Below are positions 48,850-62,140 of a stretch of DNA of 64,000 nt, one piece after another; position 1 is the stretch's first letter, and the number at the start of each line of letters is the position of its first letter. The notes under the pieces were generated by a model. That model ran no database searches and was not told the origin of the DNA. It worked only from the letters and a program-made list of their open reading frames with translations. The position numbers and the translations under genes are program-made. The stretch lies in NCBI RefSeq assembly GCF_009914755.1, contig NC_060937.1; one strand, 5' to 3'. This DNA is from the human T2T-CHM13v2.0 reference genome, Homo sapiens.

Positions 48850-49400
48850 TTTTAAAATCATAATGCAATCCCAGTACACATATATCAAATTAGCACGTTT
48901 AAAAGTTTGATAACATCAATTTTGCACAAGTTTGTGGAACAATAGGAATTCAAATACATCACTGACGATTGTGCAATTTAGTACAATCATCTTGAATAAA
49001 AATTTGGGCATTACCTAGCCAAGTTGGAGATATATAAAAATAATTCTACTCCTAATTACATAACGTAGAAAATTCCTACAGGTATACCCTAGGAAAAATG
49101 CACTATGCTTTTTATAAGAGCACCGTTTTGAGTATAGAAAATCTGTAAAAATTAATTGTTCTTCAAAAATAAAATGCATTAAAGGGTAGCATGATCGTTC
49201 AATAGCATATTATACATGTATTCAAATGAAAAAAAACTACAGCTATACATACAATGTGATGAACCACACAGAATTTTGAGTAAAGAATGCAAGAATATTT
49301 GTTGATTATTCTACTAATTTTAAGTTAAAACACACAAAAAACTAAAACATCCCATGATACATGCGTATGTTTTAACCAATTAAGAAAAAAAAAAGACTTA
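48850..49400 (+). mobile_element. Ancient L1 (L1ME-like) 3' fragment
   Basis: aaaatcataatgcaatcccagtacaca...agtacaatcatcttgaa...taattctactcctaa...aaactacagctatacatacaatgtgatgaa. Confidence 0.55.
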
Positions 49401-49559
49401 TCTGAAGAATGTAATTACCATCATGTGACATTTGAAAAAATGCAGGTAGAATAGTTTGTGAAGACCAGTGGTCAGTTTTATAATATTAAGTTGTACATAT
49501 CTTATATATCCAAGTAGTGATGTTTACTATTCACTCAAATATGGTTTTGTTCTTTAGTG

Positions 49560-50150
49560 TGAAGGAAAAATCAAGGTTTGATGTATAATTTTGTCATCAG
49601 TACATAATTTTGTACTGACATCAGAGGTTGTCAGTACAGATGTAGCATTTAAAGCCATGAGTCAGAATGGACATTTCAAAGAAAGAATATACATACTGAT
49701 GACCGAAGATTGAGATTGCAGGTTTTTCAACAATAATTATCAGAGGTAAAAAGGAGAACCATCAAATAATACTGATAAGCAGTGACCAGTGAGGTATAAC
49801 AAAAACAACAAAAAAAATGTAGTGTTCTAGAGGACAAGTAAAACATTTTATCAAGAGTGACAGTCTGCATCAAATATTGCTGAGTAGTCAAGTAAGATAG
49901 GAACTAAGTATATAATATGCCTGTGTATCTAAAATATGTAAACTATAAATATTGTAAATAGTAATATTGTATTGAAATGACCAGAAAAATGCTTTTTTGG
50001 TGGTGTATTGAGAGTCAATGTCTGATTTAGAGAAGATAAGAGGTGAATGATTGACAAGATCAAGGAAGGAAAGTAATTTTGAGAAGCTTTAACAAAGACT
50101 TTGGAGAATAGGATTCAAGAAAATCACTTGAAAGGAATTTATCTCATAGA
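49560..50150 (-). mobile_element. L2 fragment (continues beyond the L1 at about 59975-61100)
   Basis: atttaaagccatgag...aaggagaaccatcaaataatactgataagcagtgaccagtgaggta...tcaaatattgctgagtagtcaagtaagatagg. Confidence 0.6.
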
Positions 50151-51623
50151 ATGGGAGAATATCTGCATGTATTTACACTGAAGAAAGTGATGGAGTAGAG
50201 AGCAAAGAAACGAAATGTAGTGATCGTAGTAAAATCATAAAACATTTGGAATAAGAACCTTTAAAAAACTTTCCCATAAAAGAAAAATATAGACTTATGA
50301 AAATCATTAGAATCAAATTTTTCAGGACACTAAAAACTGACCCATAGCATGTAACCATCCAGGAATCATTTACTTAAGAAAACTGGCTGAATTGTAATAA
50401 AAATACTGAGGATTATAGCCTTTTGATTTGTCTTCTCTCATTTCCCCTTTCTATTTCTATGGTAGCCAGGAAAGAAACAGCACTTACTGTTTTTTTCCAG
50501 AACTAGCACTGGAGGTTAAAGAATGAGGTTGAATTCTTTTAAAGTCATTTATAGAGAATTATTATTTTACCTATCTGATAATTCCTCATTTACAAAGTTG
50601 TCTGTATTTGATATGACTTGAAGTTTGCTGAGTACAAAAAGCTCATGCCTCAGGGAATTTGTCAAAAACAACTACAGGTGCTTATCTAACATTGCAGCTG
50701 CCTAGATGGTGGATAACAGTTGGAGCAAACAATAGATGAACCAAAAAGATTATAAAAGGAAATACTGGAAATCACATGTCTATAGGGAATTTGAAAAGCT
50801 ACAACATTGAAGGCCATGTGCATGTAGGCCATATGTGTGTGTGTATAGCCAAGGATGTGCTCTCACTTCTGGTTGGCCTTGAAGTTTTGAGAAAGCAAAA
50901 CCTGTAGGATAAGGCAAGGGTGTTAGCTGTCTGGCTGAGTGTCAAAATTTATGTTCCAACATTGATACAGGGCACCTTGGCAAAATGTAAGAGACTTATT
51001 GGCTCTATTTAGTAAAAGAGCTTTCCTTACACCATTAGCTGAACACCAAATTAATTGAGTGCAGAAGACACTTCAGTGGTCATGTAAGATTAAAAAAAAA
51101 AAAAAGCAGATCAAACACATTTTACTAAAGCAGCCCAAAAATATAACAGGACAAAGAAACAAAACAAATAAGGCAAACAGCAACCAATAACCCTGGAAAG
51201 AAAAACAGGTATGATTTCTAAAGATACCACATCATACTATGTAAATTGTCTAGGTTTTCACCAAAAATAAAAGGCATTCAAAGAAATAAGAAGGCATCAT
51301 TCATACACAGAAAACAAAGCAATCAAGAAAACTAGCTCTGAGAAACCCCAAATTTGGACTTACTAGAGAAAAACTTTAAATCAGCAACTTTAAATATTTT
51401 CAATCAACTAAAATAAGTCACACATAAAAAATAAGAAGTACGAGAATGACACCTTATGATATATAGAATATCAATTCAAATAAAGAATAAAATATTTTAA
51501 GGATAAATTTTGAAGATCATGAGTACAACGATTGAAATGAAAAATTCAAGAGGGGCTTCATAGTATATTTAAACAGGTGGAAGAAAAAATTATCAAACTC
51601 AAATATAGGCAAATTTTGATTAT

Positions 51624-51988
51624 TGATATGGTTAGACTTTGTGTCCCCACCCAAATCTTGTCTTGAATTGTAATCCCCAGGTGTTGAGGGAGAGACTTGG
51701 TGTGAGGTGATTGGATCATGGAGGAGGTTTCCCCTATGCTGTTCTCACGATAGTGAGTGAGTACTCGTGAGATCTAATGGTTTTATAAGTGTTTGGCAAC
51801 TTTCTCCTTCACTCACCCTTCTCTTGCGTGCCACCATGTAAAATATGCCTTCTTCCACTTCCACCATGATTGTAAGTTTCCTGAGGTCTCCCCAGTCATG
51901 CAGAACTGTGAGTCAATTAAACTCATTCCTTTATAAATTAGCCAGTCTCAATTATGTCTTTATAACAGTGTGAAAATGGACTAATACA
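51624..51988 (+). mobile_element. THE1 (THE1D-like) solo LTR
   Basis: tgatatggttagactttgtgtccccacccaaatct...gaactgtgagtcaattaaac...ggactaataca; perfect 5-bp TSD ATTAT (51619-51623, 51989-51993). Confidence 0.92.
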
Positions 51989-53214
51989 ATTATCTAGTCT
52001 GAAGAACAGAAAGCAAAAGAATAAATGGAGATGAAGAAAGCCTCAAAGACCTGGATGACATCATCAAGCCTACCAAAAAACACATGATGAGAGAGCAAGG
52101 TGGAGAAGAGAGATAGAAAGGAGTAAGCACGATTTGAAGAAATAAAGGCCAAAAATTTAACAAATTTGATTTACAAGGTTAATCTATACAAAAAAAAAAA
52201 AAAAAAAGAAGCTTGGCAAATTCCAAACATGATAAACTTAGAATTTAGTGCCTAGACTAATAGCCAAAAGTCAAAGAAAAAGAGAAAATCTTATAAGCAG
52301 CAAGAGAGAAGTGACTCATTATATATAAATAATCTCCAATAAGATTAAGAGATAATTTCTCACCAGAAACCATACTGCCAGAAGGCAGTAGGATGACCTA
52401 CTCAAAGCTCTGGGGGAAGAGAAAAATAACAGAACAAACAACCCATGTTAACCAATAATTCTATATCCAGCAAAATGGTACTTTGTAAACAAAGAAGAAA
52501 TTAAGACATTCCAAGACAAACACATCCAGAGACAATATTTTACTAGGAGACCTACCCTTTAAAAATTAACATAATAATACTTGAAACTAAAATTAAAGGA
52601 CACTAAAGTGGCCTAAACCCACATAAAGAAATAAAAAGGAACCAGTATAGACAACTCCACAGGTAAATATAAAAGACAATATAAATGTATTTTCATTTAA
52701 AATTATTTTTTCTCCTATATGACAAAAATAGCCACAACTTAAACGAAAATATGAAGTAAATGTTATAAATGTATTGATGGGTACACTTCATCAATATTTA
52801 ATCTTTATGATAATAACAGCAAAAACGAGGGAGGAAGAAACAGCTACATAAGTACAAAGATTACTGTCAACACTTGAAATAAGTTGTTATTAATTTGAAC
52901 CAGTTATTATAAGTTACAATGTTATTTTTTATCCTCAGGAAAACCACTAAGAAAAAAATAGTAAATTAAAGAACTGGAGAATGTAAATGGTAAACTAGTA
53001 CATATATGTATGTATATATATTTGTGTGTGTGTGTGTATGTGTGTGTGTGTGTAATGCAAAAGAAGTCCACACAGGAATATAGAAAAAAAATAAGACATA
53101 TAGAAACCAAATAGCAAAATGCCAAATATACAAATAATTGTATCAAATTTAAATTGGCTAAACACACCAATTAAATGTAGAAAATTGGAAAAATTGATAA
53201 GAAAACACACTCCA

Positions 53215-53295
53215 TACATATGCAACAAACCTGTACATTGTGCACATGTAACCTAGAACTTAAAGTAAAATAATAATTTTTAAAAAAGAAAAAAA
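53215..53295 (+). mobile_element. Extremely 5'-truncated L1PA insertion (81 bp)
   Basis: tacatatgcaacaaacctgtacattgtgcacatgtaacctagaacttaaagta plus A tail; perfect 16-bp TSD aagaaaacacactcca (53199-53214, 53296-53311). Confidence 0.9.
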
Positions 53296-53547
53296 AAGAA
53301 AACACACTCCAACTATATGCTGTGTACAGGATACACACTTGAGATTTAAAGACAAAAATAGGTTGAAAGTAAAAGAAGAATACAGATCTATTACACAAAA
53401 ATAATGAAAAAAACTACAGTGACCATATAAATATGATACCAATAGCCTTAAATATATCTGTTTTAACTAGAGACAAAAAGGACATTTTACAATGACAAAA
53501 GTACCAATCCATCAATAAGATACAATAATTATAAACATATATGAATA

Positions 53548-53961
53548 TGTATTAGTCTGTTCTTGCACTGATATAAAGAAACACCTGAGACTGGGTAATT
53601 TATAAAGAAAAAATATTTAATTGGCTAATAGTTCTGCAGGTTGCACAGGATGCATGATGCTGGCATCTGTGCAGCTTCTGGGGAATCCTCAGGAAACTTA
53701 GAATCATGGCAGAAGGCAAAAAGGAAGCAGGCACAAATTATGTGGCCAGAGCTGGAGGAACAGAGAGCAAGGGTAGGTGTCACACACTTTTAAACAATCA
53801 GATCTCATGAGAACACTATCAAGCAGAGCACTAAGAGGATAGAGCTAAACCATTAGAAACTGCCCCCATGATCCAATCACCTCCTGCCAGGCCTCACTCC
53901 AGCACTGGGGATTACATTTTGAAGTGTGATTTGGGCATGGATGCAGATGCAAACTATATAA
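53548..53961 (-). mobile_element. MSTA-like solo LTR
   Basis: tgtattagtctgttcttgcactgatataaagaaacacctgagactggg...gcatgatgctggcatctg...cccccatgatccaatcacctcc...caaactatataa. Confidence 0.9.
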
Positions 53962-54536
53962 GTATCTAACAAGAGAACCCCAAAATATATGAAGCAAGAG
54001 CTAACAGAAATGAAAAGAATACAACTCAACAATAACAGTTGGTGAGTTCAATACCACACTTTGAATAACACGAATAACTAGGCAAAAGAACAACAAAGAA
54101 CAAAAGCCACGAACAGCATTATAAAACAACTGGACTTAATAGACATCTAAATATTACTCTAGCTAATGAACGCAGAGTACCTATTCCTTCTCAAATGTGG
54201 ATAAAAGATTTTAAATATTGGACTGCATTTTATAACATAAAATGACCCTCAAAAATTTAAAAATCATTAAAATAATAGATATTGTATTCCTCAACCAGAA
54301 TGGAATAAAATTAAAAATCAATAACAAATGGATATTGGTGAAATATACAAATATCTAGATTTTTAAAAAAATTCACAATAACCAATGAATTAATGAAGAA
54401 ATTAGAATTGAAATTATATAATACTTTAAATTGCATTAAGGAATGAAAATGAAAATATAACATGCTAAAACTTACAGAATGAAATAAAAGCAGGCTTAGA
54501 GGGAAAATCAAAGTTGTAAACAACTATACATAAAAA

Positions 54537-54617
54537 AGAAAGGAAGGAGTGAAGGAAGGAAGGAAGGAAGGAAGGAAGGAAGGGAGGGTGGGAGGGAGGA
54601 GGGAGGAAGGAAGGAAG
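54537..54617. repeat. (GGAA)n/(GGGA)n polypurine microsatellite
   Basis: Seven consecutive GGAA units at 54554-54581 plus degenerate flanks. Confidence 0.9.
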
Positions 54618-57322
54618 ATTTGTCTCAAATTAACAACCTAACGTTTCATCTTAACACATGTGAGAAAGAAAAGCAAACTAAACCTAAAGCAAAAAGAGGG
54701 AAGAGAATAATAAAGACTAGAGTAGAAATCAATAAAATACAGAATAAAAATACGACAGATAAAATTAACGAGTCCAAAAATTGTTTTTTTGAAAAAAAAA
54801 TCAACAAATTTTAACAAATTTACAATACGAAGAAAAAAAAAGACTGAAATGAGTAAAATCAAGACTGGAGAGCGGAAATAATGAATTTACAGAAAAAAAA
54901 AAGGATTATAAGGAAATACTACAAAAATTGTATACCAGAAACAGATATCTTAGATAAAATGGACAAATTTCTTAAAAGAAACAAGTTATCAAAACTGACT
55001 GGAGAAGAAAATCTCAATAAACTTACAACAAGTGTAAGATTTAATTAGTAAGAAAACATTCCCATATAGAAAAGCCCAAGTCCAACTGGTTACACCGGTG
55101 AATTCTAACAAATGTTTTAAAAAGAACAAATGTTATAAATAGCAGCAACCCTTCACAAAATCTTTCAAAACACTGAAGAGTAGAGAACACTTCCTAATTC
55201 ATTCTATGATGTCAGTATTCACAGATACCAAACCAGTGGAACACACCACAAGAAAAAAAAAAAAACTACAGAAAATTATCCTTTATACACATAGTTGCAA
55301 AATGGCAAAATTCTAGCAAACAGATTCTAGTAACACATGAAAAGCATTATATATCTTCACCATATGGGATGTATCTTGAGAATGTGAAGCTGGTTTAATA
55401 TCTGAACATCAATAAATGTAATAGATCATATTAATAGAAATAAGTAACAAAATCTAAATAATTATTTCAATTTATGTAGAAAGGGAACTTGACAAAATCC
55501 AACAACCTTTCATGATAAATATTAAGCAAACTAAAAGTGAAATGGCACTTTTAAAAACCAATAAATGTAATATCTGAAACATCATAGCTAATATCGTATT
55601 TAATGTTGGAACATTGAAAGTACTTCCCCTAAGATCAGGAGCAAGACAAGCATGTCCACTCTAGCAATTCCATTGAACATTGTGCTAGAAGTTCTAATCA
55701 GGGCAATTAAGCAAGAAAAAAATTAAAAGAAAATATAGATAGGAAAGGAGGAAGTAAAACCATTGATATATTTAGATGACATTATCTTATATGTACAAAA
55801 TCCTGAAGAATCCACAAATAATTGAATTTCATAAACAATTTCACAAAGATTGCAGTATACAAGATCAATATATGAAAATGTGTTGTATTTTTATGTACTA
55901 CCAATGAACAATCTCAAAATGAAATGCAGAAAATTATTCACGTATAATACCATAAAACAGTAACAAATAATTAAGAATAATTTAACAAAGAAGTATGAGA
56001 CTTACGCACCGAAAACAACAAAGTATTGCTAAAATAAATTACAATAAGATCTCAACTGAAAAACATTCTTTATTCATTGGATTTGTAATATTAATAGGAT
56101 AGCTCTACATGCCAGATTGAACTACAGATTTATGTAATTCCTGCCAAAATTCCAGCCTCTTTTTGGCAAAAAATTGACAATCCCAAATTTTATCCAAATA
56201 TGTATTCCAAAATTTATTCCAAAAGTTATCAAAAAATCATATGGAAATGCACGTTAAAGAGGATAGTTGAAATCTATGTAAAAAGAAAGATAAATCTGGG
56301 GGACTCCCACTTCCCAATTTCAACACTTCCTATAAAGTTATGATAAAGAAAAATATGTAATACTGGAATACAAGTAGATATATAGATCAATGAAATAGAA
56401 TTGAAAGTACAGATATAAACTCAGACATCTATGGTAAATTGATTTTCAGCAGGAATGACAAGACCAGTTAATGAGGTAAGAAGAATCTTTTCACCTAATG
56501 GTGTTGGCACAACTAGATAGATTCAAGAAAATAAAAGGCTTTGGAGCTCTACTTCATGCCATTTACAAAAATTAACTCTAAATGGATCAAAAATCTAAAT
56601 GTAAAAGCTACAAAAATCTAAATGTAAAAACTACAAAACTTTTAGTTGAAGTCACAGGCTTAACTCTTTCTCTCTCTCTTTCTTAATCTTGGATTGGGAA
56701 TTTGTTTTGTAGATACACAGCTAAAGCACAAGCAACAGAAGAAAAATGAGAAATTAGCGTTTGTCATAATTAAAATATTTTGTGCTCCATAGGTCACTAT
56801 TCAAAAGTAAAACACAATGAAAGATTTTCAAAACATGTACTTGATAAGGGTTTATAATCAAGAATATATAAAGAGTTCTTACAACTCAAAAATTTGAAAA
56901 ACAACAAGCTGAATTAAAAAGTAAGCAAAATACTTGATTAGATATTTTCCCAAATAAGTATATATGAAAGCAATAAACAAATTAAAATATGCTCGATATC
57001 ATTAGCCATTAGTGAAGAGCTAACTCAAACCACAATGATATACCCTTTCATATCTCTAGGATAGTTATCATCAAAATTATGGACAACTATTGAAAAGAAT
57101 GTGCAGAACCCAGAAACTTTATTAATTGTTGGTGAGATTGTAAAATGTAGCTACTTTGGAAAATAGCCTGGGAGTCCAACAAAATAATTGTAGGGTTTCC
57201 ATATGACCCAACAATTTATATCCTAGATATACGTCTACTCAATTAAAATTATTTTTACACAAAAATGTGTACATGACTATTAATAGAAGCATTGTTTATA
57301 ATAGTCAAAGATAGAAGCCACC

Positions 57323-59620
57323 TGTATTAGTCAGTTCTCATAGTGCTATAAGAAATACACAACACAGGGTAATTTATAAAATAAAGAGGCTTAATTGACT
57401 CACATTTCCACATGGCTGTGGAGGCCTCAGGAAGCTTACAATCAAGGTGGAAGGTGAAGGAGAAGCAAGCACCTTCTTTACAAGACAGCTGGAGAGAGAA
57501 GTATGAAGGAGGAACTTCCAAACACTTATAAAACCATCATATCTGATGAGAACTCACTCGCTATCACGAGAACAGCATAAAGGAAACCAACCCCATGATC
57601 CAATTACCTCCCTCCCAGGACACATGGAGATTATAGGTCCCTCCCTCAACATGTAGGGATTACAATTTGACAAGTGATGTTGGGGGGGGACACATAGCCA
57701 AACTGTATGATTCTGACCCTGGCTCCTCCCAAATCTCATGTCCTCACATTTCAAAACCAATCATGCCTTCCCAGCAGTCCCTCAAAGTCTTAACTCATTT
57801 CAGCACAACTCAAAAGTCCACAGTCCAAAGTCTCATGTGAGACAAGGCAAGTCTCTTCTGCCTGTAAGCCTGTAAAATCAAAAGCAAGTAAGTTATGTCC
57901 TAGATACAATTGGGGCACAGACATTGGGTAAATGCTGACATTCCAAATGGGAGAAATTGGCCAAAACAAAAGGGCTGTGGGCCCCATGCAAGTCCAAAGT
58001 CCAGCAGGGCTGTCTTTAAATCTTAAAGCTCCAAAATAATCTCCGTTGACTTCATGTCTCACATCCAGGTCACTCTGATACAAGAGGTGGGCTCCTATGG
58101 TCTTGGGAAGCTCCACCCTAATGGCCTTGCATAGTACAGCCCCTTTCCTTGCTGTTTTTATGGGCTGGCATTGACTGTCCGCAGCTTTTCCAGGTTTATG
58201 GTACAGGCTGTCAGTGGTTCTACCATTCTGGGGTCTGGAGGATGGTGGCCCTCTTCTCACAGCTCCACTAGGCAGTGCTCCAGTGGTGACTCTATGTGGG
58301 GACTCCAACCCCACATTTCCCTTCTGTACTGGCCTAGCAGAGGCTCTCCATGAGGTCTCTGCCCCTGCAGCAGACTTCTGCCTGGACATCCGGGCATTTC
58401 CATACATCCCCTGAAACCCAGGCAGAGGTTCCCAAACTTCAAATCTTGACCTCTGTGCACCCACAGGCCCCAAATAAAATGGAAGCCACCAAGGCTTGAG
58501 GCTTGCACCCTCTGCAGCCATAGTCTGAGCTATACTTTGGCCTCTTTTAGTGCCAGCTGGAGCTGGAGCAGCTGGGACACAGGGTACCTAGTCTTGAGGC
58601 TGCACAAAGCATTGAGGCTCTGGATCCAGCCTAGACAATCATTTTTCCCTTTTAGACCTCTGGGTCTTTGATAAGAAGGGCTGCCATGAAGTTCTCTGAC
58701 ATGCCCTGGAGACATTTTCCCCATTGTCTTGGCAATTAACATTTGACTCCTCATTACTTATGCAAACTTCTGCAGCTGGCTTGAATTCCTCCCCAGAAAA
58801 TAAATTTTTCTTTTCTACAATATCATTAGCGTGTAAATTTTCCAAACTTTTATGGTTTCCTTCCCTTTCAAACATAAATTCCAGTAACAGATCATTTCTC
58901 TCAGGTTAAAAGTTTCACAGATCTCTAGGGCAGGGGCAAAATGCTACCAGTCTCTTTGCTAAAGCATAGCAAGGGTGACCTTTGCTCTGGTTCCCAACAA
59001 GTTCCTCATCTTCACCTGAGACCACTTCAGCCTGAACTTCATTGTCCACATCATTATCAGTATTTTGGTCAAAACTACTCAACATGTCTCTAGGAAGTTC
59101 AAACTTCCCCACATTTTCCTATCTTCTTCTGAGCCCTCCAAACTGTTCCAACCTCTGCCTGTTACTCAGTTCCAAAGTCATTTCCACATTTTCAGGTTAT
59201 CTTTATAGCAGTACCCTACTCTCTGTGGTATCAATTATTGCATTAGTCCATTCTCACACTGCTATAAAGAAATACCCAAAACTTAGTAATTTATAAAGCA
59301 AAGAGGTTTAATTGACTCACAGTTCCACATGGCTGGGGAGGCCTCAGGAAATTTACAATCATGGCAGAAGATAAAGGGGAAGCAGGCACCTCACAAGGTG
59401 GCAGAAGAGAGAAGTGTGATGGAGGAACGTCCAAACACATAAAACTATCAGATCTCATGAGAACTCACTCACTATCATGAGAACAGCATGGAGCAAACAG
59501 CCCTCATGATCCAATTACCTCCATCCCTGGACACTTGGGGATTGTGGGTCCCTCCCTTGACACTTAGGAATTACAATTCAAGATGAGATTTGCATGGGGA
59601 CACAGAGCCAAACCATATCC
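57323..59620 (-). mobile_element. THE1D-like MaLR provirus: LTRs 57323-57710 and 59239-59620, internal 57711-59238
   Basis: Two homologous LTRs (tgt/cattagtc...ttaattgactcaca...gaggcctcagga...gccaaac); internal region antisense-homologous to the MSTA internal at 11242-12912. Confidence 0.92.
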
Positions 59621-60253
59621 CTGTCTAAATATGTATCAATCAGTGAAAGTATGAACCAAATATGGTACATCCATATAATGGAATATTATTGAGTCACGAA
59701 CAGATTGAAGTACAGGTACATGATGCAACATTGATGAAACTGGAAAGCATTATGCTAGGGAAAGAAAAGGGGAAGAGAAAAGAGCAAGTGACTGCTAATG
59801 GCTGCAGGCTTTCCTTTTGGAGTAATAAAAGTATACTGTATTTAGATAGTGGTGATGGTCGCACAACTTGTGAATATACTAAGAAACATTGAATTCTACA
59901 TTTAAAAAATGTGAATTTAGTGTTATGTAATTTATATTATGTTATGTAATTTACATGTGAGTTTAACAAAAACTAGTGGTGCAAGGGAGAATGGAACTAA
60001 TTTTTTGTGGAGTATTCATAGTCATAAAGATACGAGGCCTGAAGATATTTGCTTTATGTAGTTTAGCCAAGTGTGAGATGCAAATGCAAAATATGTGGGT
60101 GTAGGTGCAGGCCAAGTGGTCGATGTAGTAGTATAAGTCAATAAGTATTCTTTTTTGATTGCTTCAATTTGTTCAGTCAATTAGAAATGAGGTTATTAGT
60201 TACAGTGAAGATAGGAAAGAGGGGTTGGAGTTCAGGTAAAAGGAAGGTGTAAA

Positions 60254-60383
60254 AGCTGGGTGTGGTGGCCCATACATGTAATCCTAGCATTTTGGGAGGC
60301 TGAAAAGGGAGGATTGCTAGAGGCTAGGATTTCGAGACCAGCCTGGGTAATATAGCAAGACCCTATCTCTAAAAATAAAATAA
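60254..60383 (+). mobile_element. FLAM_C-like Alu monomer
   Basis: agctgggtgtggtggc...ggaggattgctagaggctaggatttcgagaccagcctgggtaatatagcaagaccctatctct then A-rich tail; no right arm. Confidence 0.85.
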
Positions 60384-61836
60384 GGTTAAAATATTTCTCT
60401 AAGAGAGCAAGAGAATCAGTGTGATAGGAAAATAATATGATTGCCAACAAGAATTCAGGGCTCATTTGAGCATCATGGATGAAAATTAAATGCCAGAATT
60501 GTCAGCTTTTGTTGCTGTGCTTTCCCCAGAGATACTCATTAGAAACAACGTGGGTGTATAAGAGTTGTGAGATGTATTTCGATAGGGTTGCTCTGTTTCC
60601 AAGTGGATCTTGTGGAAAAAAAAAAAGTCAAGGTAAAAGAGGCTACATGAAAGGGAATAATTTTAATGATTGTTTATACAATCAAAACTGCATGAGGAAA
60701 GACATAAAAACATTAAATGTAGGTGGGTACAATACATCGAAGGTCTCCTTGGGATGCAAGCACTGTTGTAGTTTAGATACTGGAAGGAATAAGTTGAAAA
60801 TGCTGGAAGTAATAATCTGGAATGAGATTCCTATTATTTCAACTATGGAATGATAGTCATTAGGGTTAATGACTGGTTATATGGTAAGATGATGAAAATG
60901 AATAGGTTAGGGTGGAGGACAAGGACATGCACAAATAAAGGAAATGAGATATCAGTAAATGAATCATCTTGTGTATGAGAGCATCGCAAATTAAGGCAGT
61001 AATAATGTTGGAGACTGGGACATTGAGTCAGTCGTTGTAATGATTGCTGCATGAAACAGAATGTCCCAGTAGAAGGAATGACCCAGGATTGTTAGATAAT
61101 AAAAGCAATAAATTTTATCACACATGATTTAGAATGCTTAATCCCAACTTGTCAGTTATAAACTAATTGACCGACTTCTGGCTTTTGCTCTTCCTCTAGT
61201 GGCATTAATTGTCATTTGTAGATAGAGTGAAAGTGTCCACAACAGACCTGGAGTAACAATTCATAGGTCCTGTTTATCACCTGATGGTATATTCACTATG
61301 TCATACTTCTCTTATTGCAGAATAGTCTGTGTAAATATTTTGTGTGTAAGTTTTCTTTAATAAATACTATCTTCAATTACCACCTATAATCATATATAAA
61401 ATGTCATTAAGGTAAATATTCTTAAATAGCCTTAGGTGCTCGTCTATAATCAACTTTGGAGAAAATTCTCAGGTGAGAAATATCTGCTTTAAATTTCCAT
61501 CCTCTTTTTCCTGATATATCCATTTTACTTTTTCCACAAATTAGCAATATTAGAGTGTCCAATGATTTCATAAAACATTCTCTACTTACCTTTCCACTAA
61601 CAACACATACACTCATAAGTTTGAATTTTAACCAAAGCTTTGTACTTAATTATATGGATACAGTTGATTATTGATAAGATAATAATGTTTTAATCATAGA
61701 AGCAAAATAATGTTGACCAAAGTGATTTTCTCTTATCCTAGATGATTTCCTGCTGCCTAGAATTGTGCCCTATATACACTATGCATTAAAAATGTTACCT
61801 TTCTAAGATTATAGTTTTTAATGTAGGTAAATGCAT

Positions 61837-62140
61837 TGTGATAGATTACAAAAATGGCCCAAATATTTTATTCCTTCTTTTTTTCATCATATAATTTTTG
61901 CGGCGTATTTTTAATCTGAATCTGGTTCAGCCATGTACCCTTTTTTAGCCAGTGAAATATTAGATGACATGACATAAACAGAGGACTAAAAGACATATAC
62001 CTGATCAGGCTTACTCCCACTCCTCCTTGTCTAGCACTGTATGTGAATATCACCAGGCTAGCCTGATGGAGTAGAAAAAGTATCCAGAGAATAGCTATGT
62101 GGACCAGGGTTTTCCAACCAAAGCCACCATGATATGAGCA
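61837..62140 (+). mobile_element. MLT1H-like MaLR LTR fragment
   Basis: tgtgatagattacaaaaatggccc...tgaatctggttcagccatgt...tagccagtgaaatattag...ccaggctagcctg. Confidence 0.55.

Larger units (their letters stand above)
50175..59965 (+). mobile_element. Near-full-length degenerate L1MB (L1MB7/8-like 3' end): 5' region, ORF1 and ORF2 remnants, 3' UTR; multiply interrupted
   Basis: ORF1 motifs (aaaatcttataagcagcaagagagaag, aattctatatccagcaaaa), ORF2 motifs (gagttcaataccacacttt, cttcctaattcattctatga, ttcccctaagatcaggagcaagacaag), 3' UTR gtgactgctaatgg...gatagtggtgatggtcgcacaacttgtgaatatactaa; no intact ORF. Confidence 0.88.

Noticed and set aside
56588-56637. 23-bp tandem duplication in L1 (similar small duplications near 3995-4015 and 59921-59953)
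   Set aside because: Ordinary slippage duplications; two copies with no spacers, so not a CRISPR-like array.
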